Positions 60,801-64,000 of a stretch of DNA of 64,000 bases are shown piece after piece (position 1 is the first letter of the stretch; each line of letters starts with the position of its first letter). The position numbers and the translations under genes were made by a program. The notes under the pieces are model-generated. The model was not told the origin of the DNA. It saw nothing but the letters and a program-made list of their open reading frames with translations, and searched no databases. The stretch is from assembly GCF_000143415.4 (NCBI RefSeq), contig NW_003314359.1, positions 467,477 through 531,476 on the forward strand. Direction: 5' to 3'. Source of the DNA: Selaginella moellendorffii. Its lineage: Eukaryota; Plantae; Lycopodiophyta.

Positions 60801-62171
60801 TAAATGGAAACATATACTATGTTCATTATGATATTAAATTTATTTACCTAGATAAACTAAATTATAAGCGCCTGGAATTAGTATTAGTTTCATTAGTATA
60901 GATCTTAATTATTTCTCTTCTATTTCTAAACAGGAAAGATGAATCTTCCACCACCGAAATCCAACAAGCATAAAAATTACAATATAATAGTTGAATATAA
61001 TAATCCTCTAAACTCTAGCTAGTTGGCGAATGAAAATCTTTGTGGATTTCTCAGCTGGGTTGTATGATAGAGCAGATATTCTCTGCTTTCTTGTGCGGAA
61101 CTTTACTGTAAATCCTTGAAATTAGGCATATATAAAAATCCTTTCACCACCGACCTCTGCGTTGCAGCAGCAGCAGATAAGCTCCACTCCCAAGGCTTCC
61201 ACTCCACTGAAGGCCTTGCATTGTAGTGGAGAGTAGTGCGTGGCAATGTCTCTCAGCGTGGGGGAGCTGACACAGTCTTTCTTGGCTGCCTACAGATTGA
61301 CACTTAGGCCGCGTTGTCATCGCCTTGAGCCATTGTCATGCTAGCTCTTTTCCAGCTAGTCTCTTAGCCATTTATCACTTTATGGCTGCATGGAAACTCT
61401 GTGCGCTTATCAGTACGAAGAACTTGACGAGCGAACCAGCCTTTTTCATGCGCCACGAGTGCCTGTTGAGTTCTTCTGGCCATGATGTACGGGTATGACT
61501 TCCTAGTGCTTGTGCACTTTCTCGCGATGCGTGATTCCAGGTAGCAAAGAGGGAGGAAAGATTAATCTATACGGGAGGAAGATCGCTGCAGCATTGCGGG
61601 GATAGATCCCTAGCGGGCAGCAGCTGCGGCTGGATTTTGCCATGAGCAGCGTCAGAGGAGGTATCAATAGTACTCTCACTTGGTGCTTTAATTCTATCCA
61701 ATTTTCCCATTGTTGTACTTTGGAAAGCTCTAGCTGGTGTTGCTCTCTCCTTCTTCACCAAGGAAGCTCTAGATGATAACTAGAACAGCTATAGCCAAGC
61801 CAGCTCAAAAGAAATCGCCTACTAACATATTATTTATTATTATGTCATTTATCTAAATGTGATCTTTTTCTCATGTTATTTTTATTAACTTATGTTATTT
61901 TTTTGGGACTAACATTTCAGACATTGGTTTTGGTATAATAATTTGTTGAGGAACTTCATGAGCATTCTTTTGCACCATTTTTTAATACTTCCTCACTTAA
62001 TATTTTTTAAATATATGTAATATTGCATTACTTATATCTAAATGTTTATTTTTTGTGAATTCTTAATTTTTATGAAGATTTTTCATTTCTGCTGGTTGGG
62101 GATGGCTTTTCCAGATTCATACTCTTGGATGACCTGAGGCTTCTCGTTGATTTATACATTATTAAAAAATA

Positions 62172-62175
<4 letters not shown>

Positions 62176-62246
<71 letters not shown>
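62176..62246. repeat. (TA)n microsatellite, about 35 units
   Basis: Perfect TA run. Confidence 0.98.
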
Positions 62247-62248
<2 letters not shown>

Positions 62249-62469
62249 CTTATTATATCTGTTATTAAAAATTATGAATCACTCTGTGAGGTACAACACA
62301 TGTACTTCGGGTGGAGGTTGTCCCAAAACATTGAATTATACTATAAGATATATGAATTTCAAATATATATGTGCTTCAATTGTTTAATGACTCACAAAAA
62401 CATGTTTAGATATGGTTTTTTTTTTCAAGAATGTATGAATTCTTAATATGCCATAATCATACTAGCAGG

Positions 62470-63060
62470 ATTGAGCTTTTTGAATCTTGCCCCAAATTCT
62501 CTAACAAGGAGGATAGATCTTTACACATTGCTAGGTGCAGCTCAAGAAGCTCAACCTCTCCACAAATTTCTTATTGAGTTTTGACTAGCAACTATATACT
62601 AGGCAAGATCATTGTTTAGAGGAGCTTGTTCGCCTCTCCAGCCACATCCTTCCATTAATTTTCTCCCTAACAGCATTGTGGCAACTGGATTTGAGCAGCA
62701 ATCTTTTGTCCAGCCACATTCTTAGTGAGGCTTAATTGTTCAGAAGGTCAAGGATCTAGAGTGAGTGTGGGTGCTCACTCTAGATCCTTGACTTTGTAAA
62801 CAATTCCCTCTTCAGTGAGATCCCAACCAGCATCGGTAATCTCTCCAACCTCACTGAGCTCTTGCTCGGCCTTAACACTACACTACTTAGGTCCTTGGTT
62901 GACAGTGTGCTATGGTAGTGTGGCAATCTCACAAAGCTTGACATCATTGGCAATTGGCTCACAAGTGAAATCCTGAGCTACCTTGCAGATCTCCCCAAGT
63001 TTATGATCTTAGACATCAGCATGAAGTTCTCTGTGGGATCCATCCTTGACAAACTGTGGC
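62470..63060 (+). pseudogene. LRR receptor gene remnant
   Basis: LKKLNLSTN, LWQLDLSSNLL, EIPTSIGNLSNLTELLLGLN and GNWLTSEI..LADL interrupted by stops and frameshifts. Confidence 0.7.
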
Positions 63061-63820
63061 ATGTGACATATGACTTGTATTATAATATTTATATGGGACA
63101 TCCCACATTCATGAGTGCACAGGTGCACAGACACTTCATCCACATGTGCAGCAATGTCATGTCCTCTTTTTTGCGTGATTCAATTTTTATGGAAATGTAA
63201 AGCATTATAAAATCTTGTTGTGAGTGATTAGTGATTGATTTTTGTATGGTTTTCTTGGCTCCTCGAGATTTTGGGGTACTTAACACTGGAAATACAAACT
63301 GATTGTACAATTATGTTTAAATTGCTATATAATAATTTCATGTGCAATTCAAAAAAATAAATAAATTGTGCATGAGTTATACTATCAGATATTATTTATC
63401 ATAGTTATGTCTTATTGAATGATGTTTGTATAATTTCTGTTTTGTTTTTTAAAAATTCTTTGGTACCTTACGATAGATTGAGAAATATCCTAGAATATAT
63501 TCCTAATTAAAACTTTTGTTAATAGCCTTATAAAGTAATTGTCTTGGAATTTAAAATAGTAAAATTGGTCAGACGTGACGACCAACGAACCTTCCATTGA
63601 ACTTTGGCAACCAGAAAAGACAAAATACACATTGATTTTGCTATTCAACATTGTAGGCTTGTACTTACTCGGCTTTCAAATTCTCCCTAGGAGTGCCACA
63701 CGCGAAAAGCAACACCGTATTCCTTGGCATATATAATCCCACAAATCTCCCCAGCACCAATCCATTCCATCTCATTCATTCGATCAAAGCAATACAAGAG
63801 CTTGTGTGTCTATCGTAGCC

Positions 63821-64000
63821 ATGGCTGTATCTAAATCCATAATCTTCGTGTTCTTCACATTCTTGGCCGTTTCCTTGGTTTCATCTGACCCAGATCCACT
63901 TCAAGACTTTTGCATTGGAGATCTAAGCGCCAGGCCGAGCATCAATGGCTTCCCATGCAGGAACGCGTCGCTCGTCACGGTGGACGACTTCATCTACAGC
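63821..64000 (+). CDS. Germin-like protein, 5' part (runs off the window)
   Basis: Signal peptide then SDPDPLQDFCIGD..INGFPC..VTVDDF; TATA-like box near 63730. Confidence 0.93.
   Translation, partial: MAVSKSIIFVFFTFLAVSLVSSDPDPLQDFCIGDLSARPSINGFPCRNASLVTVDDFIYS

Overview
Gene-dense plant nuclear DNA. Most introns are about 50-70 bp, intergenic spacers are very short, PLS/S-rich PPR genes are frequent, and two genes look ciliary. This points to a seed-free plant with flagellated sperm, most likely a Selaginella-type lycophyte (inference). From left to right: an inverted pair of oxidosqualene cyclases (OSC) enclosing a decayed PDI copy, a solitary gag-protease ORF, a small Gly/Trp-rich gene and an intact PDI; a PPR pseudogene; U1 snRNA; an NPU-like gene; a non-canonical aldo-keto reductase across a 100-N gap; a Chibby-like gene; a class III peroxidase; a BLUF-like MOT7/DYBLUP/TEX47 homologue; a PIG-F pseudogene fragment; a GRX-domain gene; a GT47 exostosin; TIM8; an At1g49975-like gene; a second U1; DGAT3; CK1; a frameshifted PPR; an LRR-RLP; a PDF-motif/PPR/DYW fusion; GS1; VPS2.3; DRG; ADT; an S-rich PPR; a RIN13-like gene; a 2OGD; further pseudogene remnants; and the start of a germin-like gene. 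The most notable items are the spliced BLUF-like ciliary gene and the Chibby-like gene (neither is recognisable from the ORF track), the OSB-PDF/PPR-DYW fusion, the putatively domesticated capsid plus dead-protease gene, and the OSC palindrome with signs of gene conversion and an active-site F->L difference. All family calls are from motif recognition by eye; no searches were run.
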